A stretch of DNA of 63,443 nt, the filler included, from Octopus bimaculoides (taxonomy: Eukaryota), in assembly GCF_001194135.2 (NCBI RefSeq). It is 6 parts of 5 records of this genome, joined end to end, with 100 filler letters (N's around TTAATTAATTAA, not from the genome) between each part and the next. Parts side by side here need not be neighbours in the genome. Positions count along the whole stretch, not along the records: positions 24,970 to 42,412 come from NC_068983.1; 5 more parts are not named here. One strand, written 5' to 3'. The notes below the pieces were generated by a model. It ran no database searches and was not told the origin of the DNA. It saw nothing but the letters and a program-made list of their open reading frames with translations. Both the position numbers and the translations under genes were made by a program. Positions 25,131-39,379 of this stretch are shown here, in pieces. How positions within the stretch are numbered: the first letter of the stretch is position 1; every line of letters begins with the position of its first letter.

Positions 25131-27063
25131 AAACTGATCTGTCCTCTGACAGAAAAGAAAAAAGAAGCTGACGCAGCAGAATTGGTTTCTTTTCTTTTTT
25201 TTTTTCTTTTTTTCTCTGTCAGAGAGCAGGTCACAGTTTTGAGCGACGAAAATTCTGACATCATATGCAATACATTACTTGTATAATTGAAGTTGAATTT
25301 TTTTTACCCTATCGGAGTGACTAACTAATGTATTCCACTCTGCAATCACTTTACTTTCAGCACACGATCACTGATCAAAACACCTGCTACGCAAATGCTC
25401 GTATACACACACACACACATATATATATATATAAATACACGAGTAGGATTTACATGTCAACATATGTCGTAAACTCTGTATTGACCGAAACTGCAGATTT
25501 TCTTTCATATTTGTCATTGTCGTATAATTTATTTTCATTCCATACTTCCAGTTACCCCTGTTGTTTCGTCTGATATTTCAACGCTTTTACACCGTTTGAT
25601 ATACATAATGATATGTATAAATAGGAACTTACGCTTAAATACGTGTGATGAATTTGGATGGGAGGAATATTTATATGATTATTTATCACTAATATACAAT
25701 CTAAAGAAACATATTCAATTCTAAATCCTAACTTTGCTAGTCAAGTTATAAAATAAATTGTATTCGATATTACCGCCCTGAAAGGATTTAGTCATGAATA
25801 CATAATCCTTGAAACGGAATGTAAATAATACACATAGCATTGAAATTCGAGATTAGATTGTCCGAATGTGTAAGACTAATTGCAAATCATACATAAAAGT
25901 TACACCTTTTGTTGATATTGTGAAGCTCACTTTTAAGGCGTTTAATGATGATCTATAATCCTTGTCAAGCGGAGATTAATTTCGGCTTCTTTGATTGTGC
26001 ATTTATGTAGATATTTTTAATTAAAGGGATGTGACTGTGTATTATTCTCTTGGGGATGCAATGTATATTTGAAGACTAATGTTGCAAACAGAGATACTGC
26101 TGCATTTGTTGCATTCAATGTGATATACAACAAATGATCAAAAGCATTTTTCAGAGAAACTCGTAGTGAAAAGTAAGTGCCCTCTTATTCAACTGATATT
26201 TTCTCAGATCAGAAGGGGAAGCGAAGATAATTTATGCAAGGCAATTTATATTGTGACTATTTGAAAAATATTTGACTATTTTCAACTTTAAACGAATATG
26301 GACCAGTTCGATTCGATTCCCTCCGCCAACATCGTTGCATTTGCTGTGTCTATGACTAATTGCACAATAATTGTAGAACACACCGAGACTAGCTGTCAAG
26401 ATTCACATATAAAGATGCAATACTTTTTGTGTAGTTATATTGCAGAAGATTCATACAGGTGAGAAGTATTGACTAGCAAGTCATACAACACTTTTGCTTT
26501 TGTTATATCTTTGCTTAAGTAGACGCCAATATGAGAGAATTTTCTTAGTCGTCCCACTTGCCTAAAGTATCACTTATATTCCCATCATATCAAACCGTAA
26601 TGCTTTATAGACCGAGTTTAGTATTGGATAATGTACATCTAGTTTTCCTGTATTAAATATAAATGAATTGGTCACGGCTGAACCACTATGACCATAAGCA
26701 TAATCCATTAGAAATTACATTAAGACAAACCAGATTGATTTTGAATATATCACATACTCATCAAGAGAAGAATATATAGATATCATAAGTACTAAGGGCC
26801 TACCATTTCCGGAAATTCATATGTGAGCCATATTTCTGATATTACACAGCATAATGTAAGTTGTTCTCTGAAATTTCATATAAAGTTTGAACTCTGTTCA
26901 ACAAAATGAATTAGTTATTTTATAGAATCTAAGCTGTAGTTAAGTTGCCTAACATTGATAGAGAATGTATAACGTAGGTAACATTGTTATGGATTTCATT
27001 TTAAAGACACTTAAAGTAAGCAATTCCTGTTTGAATACATCTTGGTGTAATATTGGAATGCAC

Positions 27064-27278
27064 CAAAGGCGGTGAGCTGGCAGAAACGTTAGCACGCCGG
27101 GCGAAATGCATAGTGGTATCTCGTCTGACTTCATGTTCTGAGTTCGAATTCTGCCGTGGTTGACTTTGCCTTTCATCCTTTCGGGGTCAATAAATTAAGT
27201 ACCAGTTGCATACTGGGGTTGATCTAATCGACTGCCCCCTCCCCCATACTTTCAGGCCTTGTGCCTAGAATAGAAAAG
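27064..27278 (+). mobile_element. SINE family C, full length
   Basis: aaggcggtgagctggcagaa...ttcatcctttcggggtc...gccttgtgcctag. 15-bp TSD AATATTGGAATGCAC (27049-63 and 27279-93). Confidence 0.88.
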
Positions 27279-27384
27279 AATATTGGAATGCACTGGTGTA
27301 GAGTTTGTATTATGACACAAAGCTACATCTTTTCTCTTAGGCTGCTTTGGCGGTTACTATTTTCCATGTGATTTTCGAATAATG

Positions 27385-27697
27385 AGGTTGTTCTTGTTTG
27401 TTCCTTCCCGAGCCATATCTGGCTCATAAAGGCCGGTTTCTCAGTCTCATTGACATATAGGTTCCCCGCCTGGACGGGATGCCGATCTGTCAGAGGTGAG
27501 ATGTTATATGCAGGAGGAAAAAGTGAGAGAAACTTGTGGCGAAAGAGTCATCAGAAATTCGCCATTATCTTCTGCCGGAACCACGGAGAATTTAGCTGTT
27601 TCGCTCATAAACACACACATCACCCGGTTTGAGATTCGAACCCGTGATCCCTCGGCCGCGAAGCCGCTGCTCTAATCACTAGGCCATGTGCCTCCAC
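27385..27697 (-). mobile_element. Diverged SINE related to 15323-15625
   Basis: tRNA-like head and a shared ctggacggga body. Possible TSD AATAATGA. Confidence 0.75.
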
Positions 27698-30600
27698 AAA
27701 TAATGATGTAAGGAGCAGAAATGTCAAAATCATCTTATAGGTTTCCTCACTTTGTGATTCGCTTTGGATTCCTTGTTTTCTTGTAAAGTCAAAGAACCAT
27801 ATCAATACGTTACCTTTAATCCAAGAATATGCACCTTGTGAAAATGACATAACGCTCAAATAAACACCCGTATTCACGTTAAAGATATGGATTCAAACAG
27901 TCACACACATTTCCTGATGAACAGGGGAATTTGCTGCAAATTATTTGTCAGGTAGAATACAAAATTACATTAGAATGAACCCAATACTGAAAATTTCGAC
28001 GTTATCTTCGAGTGAGACCAAACATTGATTCCATCCTCATACACATATAAATCTTAATCGTTTTCCTGGTATCGTAGCTTTTTTTGAATTTACTGTATTT
28101 AGGAAGGGAGTGGAAGGCAATATATGTTTCTCTTGCCATGCAATGTCAGGTGCTTATTAAAATTCCTCTTTCACAAATTTCATCCAACAGTTTAACTACG
28201 GGGTGAAATTATTGGACACTGTTGTCTAGGACATAAAAGAATACTGAAAGATCGTAGCTAGAATGTTTCTCATTGCAGACCTGTCCTATCAAATTTGAGG
28301 GTCCATTAATAACAATGGCAACAACAAGGTAAATAGATCATACCCAATGAAAATGTTGCGAATGGATTCGAAAATGTTTGTAAGCTTCTCAGATAATAAT
28401 TTACGACAATTCAGTTTCAGAGATTGAATGACTTCTTTTGCATTTCCTATAAAACCTTTCCTTATCACAGAAGCCTGTACTTGTATATTGATAGTGTAAC
28501 ATAGGTTACCTACGACAATGTTAAAACACTTTCGTCTATTTAGTACAATAAATCATTGATTTGGTCATCCTGAAATTTAACTGCATAATTTAATTGTTGA
28601 TTGTCATATCTAACACAGAAACCTTTGACTTTGTTCATTTTGTGGTAGATAAAATAAGTAACATTTAAATCCTGGAAACCATTCAAAAGTTCAGGCAATA
28701 TATCTTTCTTAAAGCGAAAAAAGAAAGAAAAGAAAAACAGCATGCAAAACAAAATCTGTGAGTTGCTAAAGTTAGATATAGTTATTAGATTGTTTTGTTT
28801 TCTAATAAGAGTTTAGTTCTCCTTAAGATTAATCTTTGCGTCGCTTCCAATAATAATTTTAGCAAATTTGACATATTTAAGTGCTTAAACAAATTGCAAA
28901 TAGCATGAACACGTACACATATTTTTACTTCTTTTTCACGGCAGTGTACTACAAGCAGAAATTTAATGTTTCTCGTGATCGTTTAAGAAATGAGCAAACA
29001 AGAAACACATGAAAGTTACTCGACGTTTTAGAAGTATCAGCCATATAAGGCGCATATAATATTATGTTGTCTTTAGCAAGTGCACTTTCGATGAATGAAG
29101 TCGAAGATATCTTTAAAAGGGTAAGCCTTTGACTGTTATAAGTCTTTCCTTGTATGTCTACTAGATCCGATTTGACCTGGTGCTAAAAAGAAGTAAAAGA
29201 AATGAGTTTGAACACTATCGTGAGGTTATTTCTTGACTTTAAGCCCTTAAGAATTGAGAAGAGATATTCTGCACTCCTTGAAGCGTTAACAAGATCAAGA
29301 ATTTCAACATATACATCCTTTTTGGAGAACTCAAGATTGTATCCTATATTTCCTACTGAATAGAATGCCGGAAAATGAAGCGAAATCAAATCATGTTTCT
29401 TGAAATTGTATCATAATATTATCCTAACTTAACCGTTTGTTCTTTTACAGAATGACATTCGACATTGAGGAGGAAACTTTAAACCGATACGATACCCGTA
29501 CATTTCTGATACATAATGCTTCTTGTTACATGAATGGCAAGGGTAAACTTGACTTGAAAGCCGAGACATCTATCAGACTTTTACTTATATCAGTATCTAT
29601 ATATACACATATGATTCAATAAACAGAGAGAGAGAGAGTCAAGTATAACGGTAGATTTAAGTAAATAGCTACGTATATAATTCGAAAGTTAGAGGCAGAC
29701 ACACTGACGGACAGATAGATAGATAAGTGTAAAGCTATATTCACACCAGTGATTACTTGCCATGAACACGAGTTACTAGACCACTTAATAAATTGGCTGT
29801 TGTATGTGCACAAGTGTCTATTTCTGACCAGGTGGGGTGGATGAGATAGAGATCATAATCTAAAGTCATTTAAACTTCGATAGGCAACGAATTCAATTAG
29901 TATTAAATTAATCCCCTACATTAGATCATCTGACGAGTATCAAATTATCAAGTTCTGATGAGGAATTAGAAAAAAATGCAGTGTTAGATAACGTTCTAAT
30001 TAGGTTAACACCGAACCTAAAATTATCTTTATCAACCTCGTGGCTATATCAGCACTAATATCTTGATCCTAAGAAAGCAATGATTTGTATGGTAGATATA
30101 TTTTCTCGGGTTCCGTATGGTCGTAAAATTAAGTAGATGGCAACTTTACACTTATCCGCAAAGATTGCTTTTGTAAGTAGTCTTTAAATTCTAACTCACA
30201 CTATTTTATAATTTGTATAATGAACACATATACAAGTCGTCCAAGAACTGGACACAATTTATCGATTACCGTTTACAATCGTCGTATCGGAAACATTATC
30301 CAGCTTCCTAAAATGTTACTGCCTCAAGATGTTCATAACTTTGATAGGGAGTTAGAGAAAATACAGTTAATAATTTCGATTTCATTGAACCTTTAATATT
30401 TCTTTTGACAGGTGGTGTTTGAAAGCCGTACAACGAAAAGTAAGAGGCCAAGAATTTGAGAAAGAAATGCAATTTCGATCCCAGTTGGTTTTAATTTAGT
30501 TTTATATAAAAATATTTTAGTAAAGAGGTCAAAATCATAAATTTTAATTTTCTCGAAAAGAAGGATTTTGATAGTTAGCCTAAACGAAGCCAATAATTAT

Positions 30601-31439
30601 TCAGAAATCAACTAAGAAAGATGCACTTTCTCGCAAAACTAGAACACTAAAGAATTTCAACACCCGATTGAAGTCAATAGTTACTTCATTTACAGAAAAA
30701 GAAGAAAGAAAACGATTTGCGTGTGTGTTACAAATCGTCGTGTCGTCTTTGTCTTTCCTCAGAAAATACAGGCTTCACTTAAATCACTATAGGGCTTACT
30801 ATCTAGATACAAACTTCGACACTGTAAATACTAATATAGCAATTTTAATTAAACTTTCGGCTATGAAAGGAATAACTTTATTCTCAAGCTAAAATGAGAA
30901 TGTTATTTCAGTTTCGTATTTTCTCAGAATTACCAATTTAATTCGGAAACTTGTATAAAAACATGTGATTGATTTAATATTAATAGCTTACACATATATA
31001 ATGGAAGCTATATAATTTCGTCTCGTGTCTCTATTCACCATTTCATTGTTTGTTTGTGTAATGAAGTACATAAAACAACCGCCTCGCTATATATTAATGT
31101 TCATTCCACTCATTCTTTGGTTTAATTTTCTCTATCAGTCTCTCTCACTATATGTATGTATATCTCTAAATCGTACGGCCTGTTGGTCTAGTGGCTGGAA
31201 GATGGCATGGTTCACTCCCCTGCTTGCAATATATATCAGGTGCAGATTACATCGCATAACTAGCTGAAGGAAGGGTCCTCCTGAGATTAAAATGGTAGAA
31301 ACTTCGGTTCCTGCGGAACAGTGATATCTAAGTGGCGATAAACATCATTTCTTAGTATAGTCACTGCTTTCATCTCGTATAGAGTTTTTCTAATTAGATA
31401 ATTTGCTTGTTGTGAGATCAGTGACTGGACGTCACTTAT

Positions 31440-31760
31440 TTTCTATTCGAGGATGTACCCGAAAGAAAACAGTTTCGCCTTATTATTTTATTCACTTAGA
31501 TTTACATGTTTACACTTTTACACAGTCAAAGTATTCTCCATTTCTCCAGTTGCACTTTGCACTGTTCGAAGCAGTTTTGAAAATCTTGCAAAGCGATGCT
31601 TTTTAACGCCTCCGCGATGTTTTCTTCACCTTTTCCACATCTAAAAATTCCGTAGCACCAGCTTTCATCACCAGTGATGACTCCCGGCTTAGGGTCTGGA
31701 CCAACTTCTACGTGATCTTTCAGTTCAAAGTGAACAGAATACATAAACAACAAGGTGGTT
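31440..31760 (-). mobile_element. Internally deleted mariner remnant
   Basis: VITGDESWCY is joined directly to the C-terminal IALQDFQNCFEQCKVQLEK. A TIR-like cgaggatgtacccgaaag lies near 31448. Confidence 0.75.
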
Positions 31761-31994
31761 TTTGCTGTTTTAATGATTTAAAAAGAATGATCTTTATAAG
31801 GACGAAACAAGGAAAATTCAACAACACTTTCAAATATATTTATCATTATCTCGAAATTTAGAGAGCTAAGGTGGGTTTATATCATTCAACGATGGGCTAA
31901 TGAACTACGAAAGTGAACGTCGTAATATGATCGATGATTAACCAACATTTTGCATAAATGTATTGGAATCTAAAGATTTGCATTAAGAGACTAT

Positions 31995-32028
<34 letters not shown>

Positions 32029-32365
32029 NNNNNNNNNNNNNNNNNNNNNNNNNNNNNNNNNNNNNNNNNNNNNNNNNNNNNNNNNNNNNNNNNNNNNNNN
32101 NNNNNNNNNNNNNNNNNNNNNNNNNNNNNNNNNNNNNNNNNNNNNNNNNNNNNNNNNNNNNNNNNNNNNNNNNNNNNNNNNNNNNNNNNNNNNNNNNNNN
32201 NNNNNNNNNNNNNNNNNNNNNNNNNNNNNNNNNNNNNNNNNNNNNNNNNNNNNNNNNNNNNNNNNNNNNNNNNNNNNNNNNNNNNNNNNNNNNNNNNNNN
32301 NNNNNNNNNNNNNNNNNNNNNNNNNNNNNNNNNNNNNNNNNNNNNNNNNNNNNNNNNNNNNNNNN

Positions 32366-33576
32366 CTGTCCAAATTTTGTATAAAGAAAACAAGTGATCG
32401 AATGTTACATTTTAATTGAAATTTAATCATCGATGTACTTTCCCTGTTTATCGATGACTTTCTTCTATCTATTTACAAGCTTTTAAAATCCCATGTAAAG
32501 CTCTTTTGGTTTCAAAGCAAAGAACTGTAAAACATCAGTTTCGACTTCCTCCTGGCTTGCTCCTGTCCGCCAAATGATTCTGTAAACTACGAAACAAATG
32601 ATAATCCGAAGGAGGAAAGTCGGGAGAATAAGGTGGTTGAAGAATATTTTCGCAACCAAGCTCTTCGATCTTCTGTGATGTGATCTTTGCGGTGTGGGGT
32701 CGTGTATTGTCCTGATGAAACATCACTCCTTTTCGATTAACTAAAGCGGTTTTTTTTTCTTCAATTGATGACAGTAAACTTGAGTATTGATTGTTGCATG
32801 AGGTGGTTACAATTCAAAGTGAATTACTCCTTTGCAATCACACCAGATAGAGAGAAGAAACTTTTTTTCCATGACGTTCCTTTCTCGTTTGTGGTCAATC
32901 TTTTTCTCTTTTACCAAGCCACTGTTTACGACTTTTAGCATTTCGATAGATCAAATTTTCGTCACAAGTCACAAGTCTATCCAAAATGGGTGAAATGAAT
33001 TCGCGAGTATGGAGAGAAGAGCAGATGTCAACTCGGGATTTGCAGTTGCTTTCGGACAATTCATGAGGCACCCATTTTCCAAGTTTAAAAACCTTTCCAA
33101 CTTGTTGAATATGACGATGAATAGTTGTATGGTTTGAACTAAGCTTTATTGCCAATTCTTCAACTGATAATGCAGGATCTTCTTCAAGTAATGCCTCAAA
33201 GAGCTTATCATCAAACTCAGCTGGACGTCCTGTTCAATCTTCATCTTCAAGCCTGAAATCTCCACTTCTGAATTTTGTAAACCATCTTCTGCAAGTTCTT
33301 TCATTCAAGCATTCTTTCCCATAAACTAAGTGTATGTTTCGAGTCGCTCCGGCAGCAGAGTTTCCTTTTTTGTATTCATAAAGCATTATATGCTTCAAAT
33401 GCTCTTTGGATACTTCCATGCAAGAAAGGGTTTTAATCAAAGAAATTTTAATTGTATTATTCTGTAAAATAATATCTAATTAGTTTAACTGTGCACAAAT
33501 GCATAAAAATAATTTTGAATTCCCATTCAGTTTTAAAAAGGGTAAAATCTGACAAAGCTTATGGGATGACCTGATA
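32366..33576 (-). mobile_element. Mariner (DD34D) transposon relic
   Basis: MEVSKEHLKHIMLYEYKKGNSAAGATRNI..., WVPHEL, LVTCDE, FHQDNTRPH, PPYSPDFPPSDYHLFRSLQNHL. A TIR-like end ...cttatgggatgacctga is followed by TA (33575-76). The other TIR runs into a gap. Confidence 0.93.
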
Positions 33577-33597
33577 TAATAAATCGCTGAGTGAGAC

Positions 33598-34050
33598 ACA
33601 GAAAGTGTGTCAATGGCCAGCTGGAGGCGATGTCTACTGGGGGCTACAAGGTATAGTAGCATCAACCCATAAGGGTTAGCCACATTTAGGTGGCAAATAT
33701 ACTTCACGATGTCATGCAGCTACTGTTTATATATCACTCAGAGATTTATTATTGCTTGTTTCCACTTTTTCGAGATCAGTGACTTTTCGTCACTGGAAAT
33801 ATTATATATATATTTGCATTTAGAACTACCTTCCATCGCCAAACGGTGGTTGTCACACGCTGATGACGGGCTAATACCCAGAGATTCGGGTCCGTGTGTA
33901 TCGCGTCAGACTGGAGATGGAAAAGATGACTTCTCTTTGTAAATATTGATGGGGTACAGAATGTGTGTCAATGGCCAGCTTGAAGAGATGACTTTTTGGG
34001 GTTACAAGGTACAGTAGCATCCCCCACTTAACGGCTAGCAAATATACTTC

Positions 34051-34053
<3 letters not shown>
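33598..34053 (+). repeat. Diverged direct repeat (33598-33707 and 33956-34053, period about 358 bp)
   Basis: acagaa(a/t)gtgtgtcaatggccagct...acaaggta(t/c)agtagcatc...gcaaatatacttcac is present twice. Confidence 0.85.
33854..33898 (+). ncRNA. Degenerate type I hammerhead ribozyme
   Basis: CACACG-CTGATGA-CGGG-CTAATA-CCCA-GAGA-TTCGGG-TC-CGTGTG. Perfect 6-bp stem I and intact CTGATGA. GAAA is changed to GAGA and the 10.1/11.1 pair is mismatched. Confidence 0.55.
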
Positions 34054-34112
<59 letters not shown>

Positions 34113-34700
34113 CGTGTGTATTTACAAAACACATTGATAACTGATGTACGATGCACACAATGGTGAGGTAAAATATATTTTTATCCATAAATGCAGGCAT
34201 AGCTTGGGAGGTGTAAATGAGCATAATTTAAATGTTGTTTTTCATCTTCCTTTTTATTCAAAGAGAAATTACGCCCAAGCTGTTTATACAGCCATTAACC
34301 TATTACATAATCACATCGAAGTATTTCCGAATGTTTGTTTAATTCTAAACCCGCTTCTCTTTGTGTCAACGATAAAGAAGTCGTATAAAGGAAGGCATAA
34401 AAGGCTCTCCCAGAGGCTTAGCGATAAAAGGACAGTTTCCCGCATTACGTGACGTTTATATAATCCATACTTCGGACGGGACACCGGTTCGTCGCAGAAT
34501 CACTAATTTTGCCTGTTGAGGGGGTTAGAGCAACGAGAAATGAAGTGCTTGCTCAAGAACACAGCGCATTAACTATTCCACAAATCGAAATCATAATCTT
34601 GCAAACATGAGTCCAACGCGTTAACCACTAATCGACGTGCCTCCCCACACACATACACATGCACGCACACACACACACACAGGCACGCATACACACACGT

Positions 34701-34751
<51 letters not shown>

Positions 34752-34842
34752 CATATATATATATACATACTTCTATATTAAAATATGCTTTCAGATTAGC
34801 ATTCTGCCTTATTATTTTTATTATTTTTTATTTTTCCTTTTC

Positions 34843-34889
<47 letters not shown>

Positions 34890-35177
34890 NNNNNNNNNNN
34901 NNNNNNNNNNNNNNNNNNNNNNNNNNNNNNNNNNNNNNNNNNNNNNNNNNNNNNNNNNNNNNNNNNNNNNNNNNNNNNNNNNNNNNNNNNNNNNNNNNNN
35001 NNNNNNNNNNNNNNNNNNNNNNNNNNNNNNNNNNNNNNNNNNNNNNNNNNNNNNNNNNNNNNNNNNNNNNNNNNNNNNNNNNNNNNNNNNNNNNNNNNNN
35101 NNNNNNNNNNNNNNNNNNNNNNNNNNNNNNNNNNNNNNNNNNNNNNNNNNNNNNNNNNNNNNNNNNNNNNNNNNNNN

Positions 35178-35209
<32 letters not shown>

Positions 35210-35329
35210 CATATCATATCATATCGTACTATACTATATGTGGAACAGGAAAATTTACCAAACAGTGACAGATTTTCATATGAAAATAATCTGCTGAAAT
35301 AATCTAACATCCAATACTATCCAATTGAA

Positions 35330-36130
35330 TAAATAAATTTATACAATTCCCGATGGAATATAGCGAACATAAGCTCATATGTTTTGATATCTGACCAAAA
35401 ATTGTCAACAACCTAATACAGATATAGTATAAATCTACGAACTCAAAATAATATGTACATGTCAGTGTGTACCATCGGAGACATCCATATCAGACCGCTT
35501 TAATAATCCATTCAATCGGATCAGCACGATTGTATCTGATAAAATATCTGCACCATACTGTTTCATGCACTTAAGAAAACATCCATCGACAGAAGCTTCC
35601 TAGGTGCCTTAGTAAGTAATGAAACACAACTAACCGTAAAAAATGAAATACTGAGACATTATTCTCAGTATCGGGAAAAAAAAATAATTATATGAAAATT
35701 GAAAGATTTATCATATATCTGTATTCACATTTCTTAGAATTACGGTCTCTCTGACATTATATTTCAAAACAAAACAACGCCCTAATAGGACAGAATAAAT
35801 CATATTTGCAGACGCGTAGCATTATAAAAACTGAAACATGGCCAAAGCAAATAAGACTCTTCCGAAAGGCTAAACCAAAAACATTAATAACCATAGCAGA
35901 AAATTTAAACAGTCTACGTTTGGTTTATATTTAAATTCCTCAAAACGGTCGGGAATCCTATTTAAACGCAGTCAAGCTTGTAAAATAAAGAAAATATATA
36001 TGTGCATCTGGAAACTAATTTATGCAAATACATACTCAATCATGTGAAAAAAGTCTTATTGAGCAAACCGGGATGTCATTAAGAAAACTGATGTTTATAC
36101 GCAGACTACAAATTTGAACATGAGTTATTG
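35330..36130 (+). mobile_element. Highly decayed Penelope-like remnant
   Basis: SFLGALV (RT-like), then KLIYA...SCEKSLIEQTGMSLRK (GIY-YIG-like) across frameshifts. Confidence 0.45.
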
Positions 36131-36339
36131 ATAATTAGGAAAGACACAATTTGATGACCTTACCACAGCGTTAGCTTGCTGATGGCAGAGCATGACTGCA
36201 AAGCACCAGAGAAGAAACCACATTTATGGTGTAATACAGAATACTCCCAACAACTACGAGAAATATCTATAAAACTGTAAAAAGGTTGTTTATATTTCTA
36301 TTTTTTAAAATTTATTATTTGTGTTGCTTAACATGTTTT

Positions 36340-37460
36340 GCTGTTTCTTTTCAGATATCATCAGAATTGAAATTCATTGAAATGACAGATCCGTCGGACT
36401 TTGAAAGAGGTCAAATTGTTGGTGGTCGTGTGGCAGGCGTCAGCGTAATGAAAACAACCGAAATGTTTGGTGCATCAAGAATTACTGTCTCGAAAGTAAT
36501 GAAAGCCGTTGGGAAAGAGGGCAAAACATCCGCGTCGAAACAAAACTCCGGAAGAAAAGCAAAACTTTCAGATAAGGACCGTCGGACTTTTATGCGAATT
36601 GTTAGAAAGGATTACAAAAGTACAGCATCTAAAATTACTGCAGAACGTAATGACCACCTCGAGAGCCCAGTTTCAACATAAACTGTTCGCCGGGAGCTGC
36701 AGAAGGCCAGATTTCACGGGTGGGCTGCTAAGAGAAAATCGCTACTTTAAAAAACAAAGGTTGCAAAGCGTTTAGAGTGGAGTAAACACCTTTGGGATTG
36801 GTCCCTAGAGCAGTGGGAAAATGTCATTTTCTCGGATGAGTCATCCTTTACCTTATTTCCAACGACCGACCGAGTATACGTGTGGAGACAGCAAAAGGAA
36901 GCATTTGACCTAGACTGCCTTCTTCGACTGTTAAACATGGTGGAGGATCTGTGATGATCTGGTGGGGCTACATCTTGGAAATCCGCCGGCCCAATGGTTT
37001 CCCATAGCAGAATTAATAGTGAAGACTATTTCAGCATCTTATTTTATAAAATTCATCCTATGGATACGGAACTGTTTCCGGAGGGAAACGCAAGCTTTCA
37101 GAATGATTACGTACTAATTCACGAAGCTAAATTTCTTACTGAATGGCACAAGGAACATTCTAGTGACGTTGAACATCTTATCTGGCCACTATAATCACTA
37201 GATCTCAATATTATTGAACATTTATAGTGCATTTTAGGAAAACAAGTAAGGAGTCGATATCCTACACCATCATCACTACAAGAACCAGAGACTGTTTCAG
37301 CTGAAGAATGGACAAGAATTCCTTTGGAAACAATTCAAACTTTGTACGAGTTCATCCCGCGTAGAATGGTGTAATAATTGCCAAAGGTGGTCCTACCTCA
37401 TATTAAGATAAATTTGTTTGAAATTTTAAGGTGTTTCCATTATTTTGTCCAACCCCTGTA
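36340..37460 (+). mobile_element. Tc1-family (DD34E) transposon relic
   Basis: From ATG at 36382: MTDPSDFERGQIVG...SGRKAKLSDKDRR..., VIFSDESSF, FQND, WPL*SLDLNIIEHL. Right TIR ...attttgtccaacccctg is followed by TA. The left TIR is absent. Confidence 0.92.
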
Positions 37461-37874
37461 TACACACACACACACGCACGCACACACACACACGCACACA
37501 CACACACACACATACATACACACACACTCACACACAAACACACGCACATACACACACATATATACGGTAGAGATTGGAGCGATGACATCCCATCTCAAAT
37601 ACTAATCGGACACATATTGTTTGTCGTTAACCAGTTAGAAGAGATGTATTCCTGGGGCTATTAACGCCAGTAGCACTGTCCTTTGTAGGACGCAACTCTA
37701 TATGTATGTATGTATATATAAGTCTCTGGGTGTGTGTATGTATACATGTATGTATGTTTATATATACATACACACACCCACACAAACATACACCCACCCA
37801 CGCACGCACACATAATTTTATATAGGTAGAGTTCACATAAACACTTATTTGACGAAACGCATATATATCGGTGT

Positions 37875-37927
<53 letters not shown>

Positions 37928-39379
37928 TGAAACAAAAAATGAAAGGAAGAGGTGAATGACGAATGGTTGCTAAAGGAGGTATGATCATGAATATCTCAAT
38001 AACAGAATATTTCTACTGGAGAAGTGAATACAAACTTACAACAATGATATTTATTATATACTATTAATTTGGAATCCTTTTTCCGTTTCCCGTTTTGCAA
38101 ATAATTACTCGTAATAGAGTGACGCGTTTCTAGTTTTTGCCAATGTTTATAGATTTATTCAATAAAAGCCACGGCTTTCATGTCAGAAAAACCTAACATA
38201 AATACATGTTTATATTATATGCACTTTCATTTAGGAATATATAACATGTGAAGAAGCAAGAATAATAAAAACAAAGAACATGTTCTAAGTTTATGTTTAT
38301 TACACTTTTTTTTATTTAATTATATTTGGTTGAAATAAATATTATGTAATTCATAACCTGGATTTTGGCCAAATGCGTCAATGTTAATATCATTTCGATG
38401 TTTGAAAAATGAAACTGCAGAGTCTCATAAACAACATTGCCGGCCACTTGTGGTTACTGAGTTGTATACATTTATGCTTTGAGTTCAAAATGTTACTGAG
38501 ATCGACTTCTTTCTTTCATTAATTTGTTGTCAATGGAATAACTATCAATTCAGTAATGGTACCGAGCTAATTTACTTTACGTCTCTTAAAATGCGTTTAG
38601 ATTTCTGCCTATGTTAGAAATCGATTGCTTACAATTAGGTGTTATGTTGTAGCAATGGAACATCTTTGTGTTTTTCTCGACTACTTTTGAGCTTCCCCTA
38701 CAAATAACGCACCTTACCTTCCTGAAAGAAAGAAAAATGATGCACCATTCAATGTAACACTAGATATGCAATGTCTGACAGGAGAAATGCGTGTCTATGT
38801 ATACTTGTCTATCATACGCTTGTTCAGTGAAACCTAATCTGGTGCTAAGGAACACCAATGTGTAACTTGCTCTTCTTAATGACAATGGAATTTAAGAAAT
38901 GAAAATTTAATTGTGGCGACTTGTGTCGATTTTAAGCTCTGAATCTCATTCCTCGGGGTCGACGGCACTTCAAATAATTCGAATGTCCCGTACATCAAAT
39001 GTAGTTCAATTTTCATGAATTACACAAACAATCTGCCAAATTATAAAATAGATGGAAATAGAGCGGCCGCGCGTTACTCTGACACAATAGGTCACTCCAT
39101 TTGAAATCAAATTGACGTATGTCTCATTTCTTAAATCTATACGTAGGGCATTATTTCATCCGCTTGTTTTATTGTAATAAAGCACATACATATACTCACT
39201 GCAATGTTATCACTTAACTTTCAGAAACGTATCTATGAAGGTACCCGTTAATATGCAACTTAGTATCACTCAAGATTACTAATTTCTCTTTCGACATTTT
39301 TGGTCATAGAAAAATGAAAGCTTATACACTACACCGAAGATACAAGGGAAAGTTTTATATGTTGAATCTCATTACACTC

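Noticed and set aside
28540-29389. Minus-strand ORFs KDILPELLNG... and VGNIGYNLEF...
   Set aside because: ORFs of 60-70 aa are expected by chance at this AT content. One has a good acceptor, but no coherent chain or homology was found.
31166-31190. ggcctgttggtctagtggc, a tRNA A-box-like start
   Set aside because: No cloverleaf or B-box follows. At most it is a SINE or tRNA fragment. No true tRNA, rRNA or CRISPR array was found in the window.
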